Counted from the stretch's first letter, positions 9,453 to 19,237 are shown. The stretch: 37,156 bases of DNA from a virus (IMGVR_UViG_3300005077_000051:1-37156); one strand, 5' to 3'. A program made the numbers and translations. Notes: a model not told the origin generated them from the sequence alone.

Positions 9453-10595
9453 ATGGGCTTATTAGACCCAATTAATAATTTAGTTGGTGGGATAATTGGT
9501 GATGTTTCCGATCTGGTTGGTGGCTTGTTATCTCCATTAACAGGTGGCAAGCCTAAAAATTACTCTTATGGCGATAAAGATTTTGAAGTTTTCGTTATTG
9601 ATGAGCTTGAAGGCCCTAAAAAATCGGTTTTATTACACAATAACCAATTGCCAATGGATAATTTACCATTCGGCGGTAAGCAAAGGATAGTTAAAGATTT
9701 TTATTCAGGCTATTCGGAGCCGGTTGTTCATGTTCTTGGCCCTCAAGAAAGTGACACAACTATTCATGGTAAATTAAAGGATAAAAGATACCCAAAAAAT
9801 TTAGATGGTGTTTCTCTTGAGGTTCAAAAACTAATTGATTCAATAAGAATTAGAGGGAATTTGTGTCGTTTTCAGCTTGGAGAGTGGGAAAGGTACGGAT
9901 TGATAGAAGAAAGCCAGTTTAGGCTTATAAACAATAATGAGATTGAATACGAATTAAAGCTAAATATCATCGGGTTTACCGCACCAATAAACGCTAAATT
10001 CCTTGAGCAAGATAGGGCGGTTCCTTTTGGAATTAACGAGGCATTAATTGATCAGGCTACTTTGTTTGTTGCTAATGGCGGAAACATCCCAAAAGGTATT
10101 AATTTAAGCATTGCACAGCAATTGAATAGATTAATTGGAGAGGTTGCAAATGCAATCAATGCTGTAACTGGTTTTGTCGATGGAATTATCAAAACAATTG
10201 ATGATGTACAAAATTCTGTAAACCGTGCTTTGGGGCTTATTAGATACACAAAAAATAAAATAGTTGGTTATATAAATTATGTTAAAGGATTTAACTTTAA
10301 CAGTGCTACATCATCGAGTATATCGGCACGCTATGGAGCTTCAAAGTATGCGACAGCACAGGTTGCTGGGGCTTTATCTTTGCTTGCTTTATTAAATAGT
10401 TTTGAGAAAAGGTTTAAAGACATTGTTAATCAAAGGCCAAGGGCCAAGCACATGGTTGTTTTTGGCGATACTCTGCAAAGCATTGCCATGCTTTATTTTA
10501 AAGATAGTACACAATGGAAAAAGATTTACGACTATAACAAACTATCAACTACAGAACTAGAAACAGGTTCACAGTTAGATATACCGAGGCTATAG
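9453..10595 (+). CDS. Tail/baseplate protein with C-terminal LysM domain (XkdP / Mu gp43 / P2 gpX position)
   Basis: The C-terminus VVFGDTLQSIAMLYFKDSTQWKKIYDYNKL...GSQLDIP is a canonical LysM motif. Lies directly after the tape measure gene. Confidence 0.65.
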   Translation: MGLLDPINNLVGGIIGDVSDLVGGLLSPLTGGKPKNYSYGDKDFEVFVIDELEGPKKSVLLHNNQLPMDNLPFGGKQRIVKDFYSGYSEPVVHVLGPQESDTTIHGKLKDKRYPKNLDGVSLEVQKLIDSIRIRGNLCRFQLGEWERYGLIEESQFRLINNNEIEYELKLNIIGFTAPINAKFLEQDRAVPFGINEALIDQATLFVANGGNIPKGINLSIAQQLNRLIGEVANAINAVTGFVDGIIKTIDDVQNSVNRALGLIRYTKNKIVGYINYVKGFNFNSATSSSISARYGASKYATAQVAGALSLLALLNSFEKRFKDIVNQRPRAKHMVVFGDTLQSIAMLYFKDSTQWKKIYDYNKLSTTELETGSQLDIPRL

Positions 10596-10611
10596 GTATA
10601 AGGAGTAAAAT

Positions 10612-12036
10612 ATCAGTATTTATTATCCTCAAGGGGCCATAGTTTTAGATGTTATCTGGGAAGACTTCGGGAAGTTTGACAACAGTACATTAAACGAAGT
10701 TAGTCAGCTAAGAATTTTGGCAAGAAATTTAACAGTTGAAATAAACGACTACAAAGAAGCGGACACTTTCAAAGCTGAAATTGACTATAAGTCGTTTCCT
10801 TTTGACCCCAGAACGATTAGGGCGTGTAAAGTTTCTGTTTACATGGAAGATAGAAAATCAATATTTGCAGGCGAAGGTAATAAGTTAAATATATTGGTTC
10901 CAAGTAGTGACAATGTTGTTTTTATCGGATATGCCGACGAAGAGGGTATTACTTTCAACGATACGTCTAGGATAGTTAGTCTAAATGGGAGAGACTTAAC
11001 TTGTCTTTTCACCGATTCAAAATATCTAGGTGCTCATATACCATTAACAAAGCCAGTTAATGAGATAATTCAAGACTTAATTAATCAACAAGAATCTACA
11101 AAGAAAATATCAGTTGTTAATAATACCGGCGGCGATCTTCCAATATTGGCAAATTTAGCACCAGACCTTGAAAGTACATCAGGAATAGTAAATCCTAAGC
11201 GCAATGGTACTTTTTGGGACATGATTCAAGAAATAATCGAGCGAGCTGGTTTAATTTGCTACATGGACTTAGATAAACTTATTATTAACAAGCCAAGAAA
11301 CTTATACAAAAAACAAAAAATAAAAAACTTTATCTATGGAAAAAATCTTTCTTCACTTTCTTTTGAGAGGAAACTAGGAAGACACAAAGGCTTTAACATA
11401 CAAGTTAGATCGGTTAATGTGATCAAAAAAACATTGTTAGAGGCAAAAATACCGCTAGAATCTAATCGTGGCGATATTGGCGGCGGCGTTGAAGTAACTA
11501 TCCCACAATTAGATAAAGATGGTAAGAAGATTGAGCCACAGCAAGCTGCACCATATTTAAGTTTTAATGTTCCTGACATTTCGTCAAAAGAAAAATTAAT
11601 TGAGGTTGGAGAGTCAATATATGAAGAACTTTCAAGACAGCAATTAGAAGGGAAGCTAGAAACCAAGGAAATGGAATTGCCGGAAACAGCTTATCGAGAA
11701 GATAAGAACGGAAATTATGTTCCTTATGTTGATAAAGAAACAATGCCAGTAAGCTTTGCATCTATTAGAAATGGTTCAGCGATACAAGTTTATATAGATG
11801 TAAACGACATGGAAAAAATAAGAACACTATCCAGCATGTCAGAACGCAAAAGATATTTAATTTTACAGCAATTCGAGCCAAAAGTTGCGGAAGCTTTGGC
11901 AGAATCATTAAATAGAACGGCATACGTCTTTTATGTTAAGTCGGTTACGTTTAAAATAAATCAAGATACTGGTTTTTCGATGGAAATTGATTTTATTAAT
12001 TTTATTGAATTAGATAACGCAGGATTAGGGGTTTAA
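10612..12036 (+). CDS. Baseplate hub protein (P2 gpD / XkdQ / Mu gp44-like); start codon uncertain
   Basis: The first canonical start is TTG 10717, but the frame is open from 10609. The upstream 35 codons look protein-like, and AGGAG at 10601-10605 precedes ATC 10612. The pattern LTVEINDYKEADTFKAEID resembles the gpD N-domain. Confidence 0.55.
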   Translation: MSIYYPQGAIVLDVIWEDFGKFDNSTLNEVSQLRILARNLTVEINDYKEADTFKAEIDYKSFPFDPRTIRACKVSVYMEDRKSIFAGEGNKLNILVPSSDNVVFIGYADEEGITFNDTSRIVSLNGRDLTCLFTDSKYLGAHIPLTKPVNEIIQDLINQQESTKKISVVNNTGGDLPILANLAPDLESTSGIVNPKRNGTFWDMIQEIIERAGLICYMDLDKLIINKPRNLYKKQKIKNFIYGKNLSSLSFERKLGRHKGFNIQVRSVNVIKKTLLEAKIPLESNRGDIGGGVEVTIPQLDKDGKKIEPQQAAPYLSFNVPDISSKEKLIEVGESIYEELSRQQLEGKLETKEMELPETAYREDKNGNYVPYVDKETMPVSFASIRNGSAIQVYIDVNDMEKIRTLSSMSERKRYLILQQFEPKVAEALAESLNRTAYVFYVKSVTFKINQDTGFSMEIDFINFIELDNAGLGV

Positions 12037-12037
12037 A

Positions 12038-12676
12038 ATGTCTGATGTTCTGCAAGAAATGAGGTCACTTTTTAAAGATAATAACTTTAAAATAACTCTT
12101 GCTTTAATTGAGAAGGTGCACATTGCAGCAGATAGGTCATTTGTGAGGGCAGAGTGCACAACTTTGCCAGATTCACTTAAAATAATTGCTGATGTTTCGT
12201 CGGATTCAGTTGGCTCACAATCAATAACACTTCCTAACAAAGATGATTTAGTGCTAGTTGCCTTCACAGATGATAATTTTCCGGTTGTTTTAACAAAATT
12301 ATTCTCTGAAAGCGACAAAATTCCGCAAAATGCGGTAACTGGTGACACTGTTTTACGTTCGTTAATTGGCAAAAAAACATGGATTACTTCAGATACTAGG
12401 ATAAATTTGTCACAAAATGATACCATTCCAACAGAGAATCTTGTGCTAGGGCAAGTTTTTAAAACTTTTGCTGATGATTTACTAACATTATTGGCAACAA
12501 AATTTGATAACGATTCTGTCCATAAGCACATTGGTAATTTGGGAGTTTTTACCACTCCAACAGATAAAGCGACAGATGATCAAACATCAAAATCAGATGT
12601 TGAGGACTTGGCAAGCTCTCCAATTGGGGATGATGCTATATTGTCAGATTTGGCATTTACGGAAAAAGGGGCATAG
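12038..12676 (+). CDS. Baseplate central spike (gpV / Mu gp45-like)
   Basis: ITLPNKDDLVLVAFTDDNFPVVL fits the gpV OB-fold core. The C-terminal SVHKHIGNLG contains an HxH like metal-binding spike tips. Confidence 0.7.
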   Translation: MSDVLQEMRSLFKDNNFKITLALIEKVHIAADRSFVRAECTTLPDSLKIIADVSSDSVGSQSITLPNKDDLVLVAFTDDNFPVVLTKLFSESDKIPQNAVTGDTVLRSLIGKKTWITSDTRINLSQNDTIPTENLVLGQVFKTFADDLLTLLATKFDNDSVHKHIGNLGVFTTPTDKATDDQTSKSDVEDLASSPIGDDAILSDLAFTEKGA

Positions 12677-12677
12677 C

Positions 12678-12887
12678 ATGGCATTAACTGACGAAGCTTC
12701 AAAGGCGATATATTTAGAGGAATTAGAGGCAGAATATGGGACAATTGCAGATGAGGCAATTGCAGAGCAGGCGGCAAATGTAATAACAAAGACAATTAAC
12801 CGCATTTTGCTTGAGCTTGTGCAAGTAGGGCCGGGAAGTTTTACAACTTCTATGGGGCCAGTTACCGGAGAAGGTGAAATATCATGA
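12678..12887 (+). CDS. Small acidic baseplate-module protein
   Basis: ATG 12678 lies 1 nt after the spike stop. 69 aa. Its stop overlaps the next ATG (ATGA). The track ORF 12504..12887 is an out-of-context extension. Confidence 0.5.
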   Translation: MALTDEASKAIYLEELEAEYGTIADEAIAEQAANVITKTINRILLELVQVGPGSFTTSMGPVTGEGEIS

Positions 12888-13261
12888 GTGAAATTGATAA
12901 AACATACAAGAAAGATTTACTGCATGATACAGATTTTAAGGCAACTGCCAGTGGTGATTTTGTACAAATAGAGGGCATTGATAATGTAAAACAAAGGCTT
13001 ATGCATAGGTTAATGACACAGCCAACGACATTAGTTCATAGACCTGATTTTGGCGTTGGGCTAAAACAATTTCAAAATGGTATTCCTTCGTTGTCGACAC
13101 AAAGAGATATTGCCCTTAGAATTAAAGAACAGCTTGCAAAAGATACAGATGTTGAAAGTGTTGATTCTGTATCCATAAGACAAGATGGAAGCATTTTTTA
13201 TATTGTTGTTAAGGTTACAATCGTTGGTTATGGTTCGACAATAATAGAGGCAGAGGTTTAA
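12884..13261 (+). CDS. Baseplate wedge protein, gp25 / gpW family
   Basis: QRLMHRLMTQPTTLVHRPDFGVGL is the characteristic GPW/gp25 pattern. 125 aa. Confidence 0.75.
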   Translation: MSEIDKTYKKDLLHDTDFKATASGDFVQIEGIDNVKQRLMHRLMTQPTTLVHRPDFGVGLKQFQNGIPSLSTQRDIALRIKEQLAKDTDVESVDSVSIRQDGSIFYIVVKVTIVGYGSTIIEAEV

Positions 13262-13263
13262 AT

Positions 13264-14427
13264 ATGGCGACTAAAGTTTTAACAGGCCAAGAGCTTTACG
13301 ATGTTCTGAAAGCTGAAGTTATTGCAAGAGGCTCAGATATAATTGATTTTAATGAAGGTTCCATGCAGGATATTATTGCAGGAGCTACCACAAGCGCACT
13401 AAACGAAGCAATTGAATTACTAATAAATGAATTTTTAAAAACATATTTTTCTAGTGCAGAGGGCACAGATTTAGAATATTTGGCAGTTGATCACTTTGGT
13501 ACGCGGTTCGCACGGCCAGAAGCAACAAGCGCAACGGTTGATTTAATATTTTCGAGAGCAAATACTGATGCCGGTGATGTAACTATTCCAGGTGGTACAG
13601 TTGTTAAAACCGTCAAAGACGCTAACGGCGTAGAAGTAAGATTTACAACAGATGAAACTTTAACAATGACGGGATTGACTTTAAATATCGCAGCAACGGC
13701 AACTACTACAGGTGTAAATACAAATGTTGCTATTGGTGCTTTAACAGTTATTGAGTCAGCTTTAACAGATACTAGCGTTGTTGTGACTAATTCGACAGCA
13801 GCAGCAGGGGGAACAGATCAACAAGAAGATGATGAATATAGAGAAACTATTAGTAATTTGATTGACTCTCTTTCTGGTGCCACAGAATCAGCAATTAGGG
13901 GAGCCGTTGAAGCGGTTCCAGAGATTACTTACGTTTCTATCGTAACAGTTTTACAAAAAGTTATTAATGTCGATGATTTTGATGTCCCATATGGAACTTC
14001 TTTTAGAATCCCCTATGTAACAATTTACGTTGCCGATGCTGATGGAAATTATTCTAGCGATCTTATAGCAAAAGCAGAGGAAGCAATTTCTTCTGTTAGG
14101 GCGGCAGGGGTAAAAATTGAGGTAGTCGGTGCCGGTTCTAGTGTAGTTGACTGGACGGCAGAAATAACCTTAAATCCTGCGGGGCCTAATTATGCTGAAT
14201 TATCAACAGATACGACATTGATCGAAGAAGATATGGCAAATTATATAGATAATATTTTAACGATTGGTCTGGGGTTCAATAGGGTAACCGCAAAGAATTA
14301 TATATTGAGCATTTGGGGGCCAACAGGAACTAACGATATAACTTCTATAATAACAGTTGTACCAACGGGTAATATTGCTGGTTCGGCAGGCGTTAAGCTT
14401 GTTTCTGGTGATATTACTATTCAATAG
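13264..14427 (+). CDS. Baseplate J-like protein (gpJ / XkdT / Mu gp47)
   Basis: 387 aa. Conserved position after the gp25-like gene and before the gpI/XkdU-like gene. Confidence 0.7.
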   Translation: MATKVLTGQELYDVLKAEVIARGSDIIDFNEGSMQDIIAGATTSALNEAIELLINEFLKTYFSSAEGTDLEYLAVDHFGTRFARPEATSATVDLIFSRANTDAGDVTIPGGTVVKTVKDANGVEVRFTTDETLTMTGLTLNIAATATTTGVNTNVAIGALTVIESALTDTSVVVTNSTAAAGGTDQQEDDEYRETISNLIDSLSGATESAIRGAVEAVPEITYVSIVTVLQKVINVDDFDVPYGTSFRIPYVTIYVADADGNYSSDLIAKAEEAISSVRAAGVKIEVVGAGSSVVDWTAEITLNPAGPNYAELSTDTTLIEEDMANYIDNILTIGLGFNRVTAKNYILSIWGPTGTNDITSIITVVPTGNIAGSAGVKLVSGDITIQ

Positions 14428-14436
14428 GATTTTTGG

Positions 14437-15057
14437 ATGCTGACACAAGAACAATGGTTTCAAAAATTAAAAAGTTTTGTTCCTAAGTGGGTTTTCCAAG
14501 AGAATAAAAACGCCGTTGCTCAATTTTATGGTTATGCAAAGCTTTTAGAAAGTTTTCAGACGATGGTTAGCGATCATTTAAAAGAAACTTTTATAACCAC
14601 TTCAACGGGTGAGTTTTTAGACTTGCATGGAAAAGATAGAAACAAATATAAGTCTTTAATAGATACAGAAGAGTCATTCAGATCAAGAGTAAGAGAAATT
14701 TTAAATTCTTCAAATGTTGAGGCAATTAGAGCATTGGTTAATACTCTATTGTTAAGGGGCGAGTGCACAATAATTGAGCATTTTGCTGCTGAAAACTTTT
14801 GTGATAGGGGTGCTTTTTGTGACAGAAATGTTATCGAGGTTGGAGATTTAATCTATAATATTTTTTCAATTTTGGTTTATCATCAAATCCCAACAGCAAT
14901 AACATTTTGTGATGTAAATGCCTATTGTGATAATATGTCAACAATAGGCGAAAATGAGTCAGATATAACATTGTTTGAAAATATAGTTGAGGTGGTTAAT
15001 GCCGCCAAGGCGTTAGGAACAGAATATAGATTAATTGAGCGAGTAAGCGAGGGGTAA
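14437..15057 (+). CDS. Baseplate/tail protein, gpI / XkdU / Mu gp48-like
   Basis: 206 aa. The GEFLDLHGKDRNKYK...EESFRSRVREIL pattern and the position after the J-like gene support the call. Confidence 0.6.
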   Translation: MLTQEQWFQKLKSFVPKWVFQENKNAVAQFYGYAKLLESFQTMVSDHLKETFITTSTGEFLDLHGKDRNKYKSLIDTEESFRSRVREILNSSNVEAIRALVNTLLLRGECTIIEHFAAENFCDRGAFCDRNVIEVGDLIYNIFSILVYHQIPTAITFCDVNAYCDNMSTIGENESDITLFENIVEVVNAAKALGTEYRLIERVSEG

Positions 15058-15058
15058 T

Positions 15059-16063
15059 ATGGAGTCAAGGCAAAACTGGGGTATTGGGGAAGAGATAATT
15101 TCCTCAGACCTAAACAAAGTCGCAGGGAGAGTTGAGAGAGGTATTTTTGATTATTTAGCGCAGGAAATGCTAGGAAGAAAAACAAATGCTTTCTTTCAGG
15201 ATTCTTTTGCTGCAACTTTTATTGATTCTGCTTCAATTCTAGTCAAGTCAGGATTGGGTTTTCAGGAGATTGCAACAGATTCTTTTGAGCCGGTAAATAA
15301 GCCTATTTACATGGATGCAAACGACAGCATAAGTTTTAGTGCTCCTGATTCATCTAATGACAGAATTGATATCGTTTGTGTTAAAGCTGCATTGGTTGAC
15401 GGTGCTACGGTAACGAGAAAATATAAAGATGCAGATACGGGCGCCATTACCGATAGGTCTTATGTTGGTTCAAAAATTTGGCAAGCTGAAATAGTTGTTG
15501 TTGAGGGTGAGCCGGCAGGTTCTCCGGTTGTTCCAAGCACACCAGCAGGATATTTAAAGATTCATGAGATAACAATAAGTGCAGCTACAGGTATAGCAAA
15601 TCAAGCTGCAATCAATGATGTAAGAGAATTGTTACCTATTTGTACATTTTTAGACCCGATTGGTTCTTACGAATATGATGCAGTTGTCGGAACAATCCCA
15701 CAGGCAAATTATTCAACTTTAGAAGCTGCCTTAACTGCCGCTAGCGACGGATGGAAAATATTAGTTTTGGAAGATGAAACTATCGATAGCTCTCCTACTG
15801 TTACCAATGATAATATTGAAATAGTTTTCAAAAAAGGTGTTACCTTCACGAAAGGAACAGCTACAATCGGATTAATCATACAGGGCGATTTTTGTAAGAT
15901 TGTAAACGGTAGATTTAAAGATTTTTCTTCTGGCGGCGATTATGGATTGCATTTAGACGGTTCAGACTGGGCAGACATTACAGGTATTAGATATAACAAT
16001 TGTGATAATGACTTTTTGGATGAAGGAACAAATACAATTCATCTATACAGCATTACAGAATAA
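15059..16063 (+). CDS. Tail fibre or baseplate-distal protein
   Basis: 334 aa, first gene after the baseplate set. The C-terminal part looks beta-helix-like (NGRFKDFSSGGDYGLHLDGSDWADITGIRYNNCDND). Confidence 0.5.
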   Translation: MESRQNWGIGEEIISSDLNKVAGRVERGIFDYLAQEMLGRKTNAFFQDSFAATFIDSASILVKSGLGFQEIATDSFEPVNKPIYMDANDSISFSAPDSSNDRIDIVCVKAALVDGATVTRKYKDADTGAITDRSYVGSKIWQAEIVVVEGEPAGSPVVPSTPAGYLKIHEITISAATGIANQAAINDVRELLPICTFLDPIGSYEYDAVVGTIPQANYSTLEAALTAASDGWKILVLEDETIDSSPTVTNDNIEIVFKKGVTFTKGTATIGLIIQGDFCKIVNGRFKDFSSGGDYGLHLDGSDWADITGIRYNNCDNDFLDEGTNTIHLYSITE

Positions 16064-16077
16064 TAGAGGTGTACACA

Positions 16078-17453
16078 TGAAAGAATTATTTTTGATTTTT
16101 ACTATTTTGTTTTCTTGGAATGTTTGGAGTCAGACTATACCTAACGATAATTTAAAAATCGGAACGGCACAAAACATTGATAAGGGGTTTGAATTTAACT
16201 TTGGTGGTACTAACCCTAAGCTTAGAGTTTTAAGCGCAGACAAGGCACTAAATTATGATCAAGATACGCTAAATTTTGGAAGTGGGGCAGCTTCGGGAAC
16301 AAAAACGCTTGGTTTTAATGGTTATTCAAAGTCATTAAGTTTTGGTACAGATGCCTTTGTTCTTGATGACTCTCTTACAATTGGTGACGGTACAGCAGCA
16401 GATCAGACTTTGACTTTCGATATTGGGGCAGGGGCAAGCAATCCTAAACTTAAGTGGGATAATTCTGCCAATGCAATATCTTTTGCAAACGATGGAAGCA
16501 CATTTATCGGAATTGGTGAACAATTACCAAGGGCCAATTGGGCAATAAACGGCGATATGAGGATAAATCAGAGGGGGGCTTTGGTTTTAAACGCTGCCGC
16601 AACAAGCGCAACAGAGGGAAGTTATTATATTGATATGTTCTTTGTGAATACTGCCGGAATAACATCAACAAAGCAGTGGTTGAGTACTAATCAGCCAAAC
16701 GCCAACGATAACAGCTACTCTTTGAGGATTACATCAACAAACGCAACAACTACCGGCAATATTGGATTTTCGCAAAAAGTACCAGCTAAAACAGGGAGCA
16801 TACTGGTAAACAAAGAAATAACATTTAGCGCATGGGTAAAATCAAATAGTTCTATTGCAAGATTAAGGGTTAGTGTTTCCGGTGGTACCTCATATTTTGG
16901 TTCTCCTCACACTGGTGACGGTACATGGCAAAAGCTTTATGTTACAGGTACGCCAGATACAAGCACGTTCCAAATTCAATTAATTATATATGATGAACCA
17001 ACTACAACAGTTAATAATGGCGACTATATAGAAATAACTCAATTAAAATTAGAAATTGGTGGAGATTATACCGATTTTGTCCCAAAAACATTTAATGAAA
17101 ATCTTTGGGATTGTTTGCCATTTTTTCAAAAAAGCTATGATTATGCTACGGCAGTAGGAACGGCAAGCTCTTGGGATGGGATTAGAGGAGTTTTTTGCCA
17201 ATCAGCTCCGACAAACGGCATGTATTTTGATGAGGTGTTTTTTGAAAGAGAGATGAACGGCTCTCCAACAGTTACTTTTTATGCTTTTGATGGCACTGCC
17301 GGAAGTGTATCTTATTTTGATAATGGGGCAACAATTGGTTCAGCAAGCTCCTCACTCATTTACAAAAAAATGTTTTTTATAAATAATAGTTCTGGCAGCA
17401 CCTATTCACAGTCAAGAATAAGTTATCACTGGACAGCGGTTTCAAATCCATAA
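16078..17453 (+). CDS. Fibre-like / receptor-binding candidate with a signal-peptide-like N-terminus
   Basis: ATG 16078 follows agaggtg, so the track start 16002 is rejected. The N-terminus is MKELFLIFTILFSWNVWSQT. Gly/Thr/Asn-rich fibre-like repeats are followed by a jelly-roll-like C-terminal half. Confidence 0.5.
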
Positions 17454-17466
17454 TAAGGGGTAAAAA

Positions 17467-17622
17467 ATGAAATATAAAATAATGATTGATAGTTTTGGGA
17501 ATCAGATAATTTTTGATAACGAAACAAAAGAAAATATTCCAATTGATGAAAACAACACGGAATATCAGGCATATTTAGCTTGGGTTGCTTTAGGCAATGA
17601 AGCAGATGTCGAAGAGATTTAA
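17467..17622 (+). CDS. Small acidic protein (possible fibre assembly helper)
   Basis: 51-aa ORF below the track cutoff, with RBS aagggg. Tightly packed between the fibre and lysis genes. Confidence 0.35.
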   Translation: MKYKIMIDSFGNQIIFDNETKENIPIDENNTEYQAYLAWVALGNEADVEEI

Positions 17623-17624
17623 AG

Positions 17625-17828
17625 ATGCAAGAGATAATTAAACGCCTTGATAGAATCGAAGATAAGCTAGACAAAGCTATTTGCGATCATAACGAGTGCA
17701 GGCTAAAAACTAGTATTGAGCTTGCGAAGGTAAAGACAAATTTAAAGTCACAAGCTAAAATTTACGGGCTACTTGGAACAATTACAGCTAGTGCAATGGG
17801 TTTACTAGGTGCTTTTTTAAAGCATTAA
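17625..17828 (+). CDS. XhlA-like lysis-associated membrane protein
   Basis: N-terminal coiled coil (IIKRLDRIEDKLDK) plus a single C-terminal TM segment (IYGLLGTITASAMGLLGAFL), as in PBSX XhlA-type proteins. Confidence 0.45.
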   Translation: MQEIIKRLDRIEDKLDKAICDHNECRLKTSIELAKVKTNLKSQAKIYGLLGTITASAMGLLGAFLKH

Positions 17829-17848
17829 AACATAAAAAGGGGTATAAA

Positions 17849-18217
17849 ATGTCAGAAGAACAAACAGTTGAATTAGGTACAGATCAGATCGAGCCAGCTA
17901 TTGAGGCACTAGGGGAAATTGGGAATGTTATTGAGTCAGTAGTTCATGGAGATTATAAGGCGATTATAAATATTGCTGATGATATCTTTGCAATGATTAA
18001 AACAGACTGGAAAACATTTTTAGCGCAAGTTAAAGACCTTAATTCGGAAGAAATGGCACATCTTAAGGTTATCTTTAAGAATAAATTTGACCTATCTGAT
18101 GATGTTATCGAGGGAATTGTTGAGGAAGCTATTGAATCACTTGAGACAACAGGTCATGCCGTTGATTCTTGGATTAAATTTGGCAAAAAAGTAAAAGAAC
18201 TTAAAGAAAAGAAGTAA
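17849..18217 (+). CDS. Hypothetical acidic helical protein
   Basis: 122 aa with RBS aaagggg. Asp/Glu-rich, with no TM segment. Confidence 0.5.
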   Translation: MSEEQTVELGTDQIEPAIEALGEIGNVIESVVHGDYKAIINIADDIFAMIKTDWKTFLAQVKDLNSEEMAHLKVIFKNKFDLSDDVIEGIVEEAIESLETTGHAVDSWIKFGKKVKELKEKK

Positions 18218-18219
18218 TT

Positions 18220-18411
18220 TTGAAAAATTGGTTTAAGTCGAAAACTATTTGGTTTAATTTGTTGTTGATAGTCGTTGGCATCGCTGGCGGCTATCTCCTT
18301 ATTAATCAGGAAACTAGGACGCTATTAGTATCAAATGGTATTATTGGAATACTTCTAAGAACGAAAACAAATTCAGGAATAGGGAAAGATAAATGGTTTA
18401 TAAAAAAATAA
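18220..18411 (+). CDS. Holin candidate (two TM segments), TTG start
   Basis: There is no in-frame ATG. Candidate TM segments are IWFNLLLIVVGIAGGYLLI and LLVSNGIIGILL, with a basic C-terminus. Confidence 0.4.
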   Translation: MKNWFKSKTIWFNLLLIVVGIAGGYLLINQETRTLLVSNGIIGILLRTKTNSGIGKDKWFIKK

Positions 18412-19082
18412 TTATTGCTCTCTTTTTTTTTATCTCGTTTTCTTGCTCTGGAATAACGTCTAGGTATGATCTTAATATTAATGGAGCTGGTGGCGTTGTC
18501 GTATTTCCAGAGAGAGAATCATACAATTTTCACATTATTTCAAAAGGCAATTTAGATTATTTTTTCGTTTCCAATTGCCACAGATATCACGGTTATCAGG
18601 ACGCTGCAAATGTTACAAAAACAATATTTAAGATCAAGCAAAAGAATGAAATAAAATTAACATATATACCAACAGATTTAGAAAAAGGATTTTGCCCTTT
18701 AGAATTTGCGGCTTTTGATAAGAATGTTGAGTCTAAAGGCAAAGTTTTTTTCAAACAAGCAGATTTACAGCTAGAGGCAAATATATCGTGCAATGGCGAA
18801 AATTACGATAGCAAGGGCGTTTCTGCATGTCAGGCAAAGCGAGGAACTACACAGTCAATAAAGTTTAAAGAAGATGTTTCCTATATTTCTTCATGTTTAG
18901 ATAATTCTGGTGTTGTAGATAAAAACGGCAAAGCAATTAAATATAAAAAATATTTTGGCAAAGCTATTAGTTTGGTTGCTGGCCCTAACGATATGTGTTC
19001 ATTTTATTTTAAGGGTGAAATTAGCGGCAAAAGGCACAGATTAACAATACTATCTTTTGACAAGGTTGATTTTCATGACTGA
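18393..19082 (+). CDS. Cys-rich lipoprotein candidate
   Basis: The N-terminus MVYKKIIIALFFFISFSC|SG resembles a signal peptide with a lipobox-type Cys. There are seven further Cys in the mature part. Confidence 0.5.
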   Translation: MVYKKIIIALFFFISFSCSGITSRYDLNINGAGGVVVFPERESYNFHIISKGNLDYFFVSNCHRYHGYQDAANVTKTIFKIKQKNEIKLTYIPTDLEKGFCPLEFAAFDKNVESKGKVFFKQADLQLEANISCNGENYDSKGVSACQAKRGTTQSIKFKEDVSYISSCLDNSGVVDKNGKAIKYKKYFGKAISLVAGPNDMCSFYFKGEISGKRHRLTILSFDKVDFHD

Positions 19083-19236
19083 ACTAGAAAAGAATATTGA
19101 TCTATTGCTGAATAAAACTAACTGGGAAAGTCTGAATGAAGTTGATGTTTTAATTTTAAAGATTAAAGCAGATGTTAATGTTCTACTAAAAAAAGTGTCT
19201 GATTTAGAATATCAGCTATCAATGGTTAGAGGTTAA
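19075..19236 (+). CDS. Small coiled-coil protein
   Basis: 53-aa ORF below the track cutoff. Overlaps the lipoprotein stop and ends 1 nt before the next ATG. Confidence 0.35.
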   Translation: MTELEKNIDLLLNKTNWESLNEVDVLILKIKADVNVLLKKVSDLEYQLSMVRG

Positions 19237-19237
19237 A

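Noticed and set aside
12025-12555. 176-aa minus-strand ORF antisense to the baseplate spike gene
   Set aside because: In this phase, antisense stops require Tyr, or particular His/Gln codon contexts, in the sense gene. The spike protein has no Tyr over this span, and its few His/Gln codons are preceded by G- or A-ending codons. The open frame is therefore explained by sense-strand composition.
12504-12677. 5' extension of track ORF 12504..12887 overlapping the spike gene
   Set aside because: ATG 12678 sits 1 nt after the spike stop and gives a compact, coupled 69-aa gene. The extension is an alternative frame of the spike gene.
16002-16077. Track starts upstream of better starts (16002, 32229, 33755, 22247, 29020)
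   Set aside because: In most cases a downstream ATG with a proper SD and non-overlapping coupling fits the operon better (16078, 32245, 33785, 22172). ATG 29081 has no obvious SD, and 29020 is retained only as an alternative linked to the hairpin finding.
15059-17453. Diversity-generating retroelement or invertible fibre cassette in the fibre region
   Set aside because: No reverse transcriptase, template-repeat-sized duplicate, invertase or flanking inverted repeats occur anywhere in the genome.
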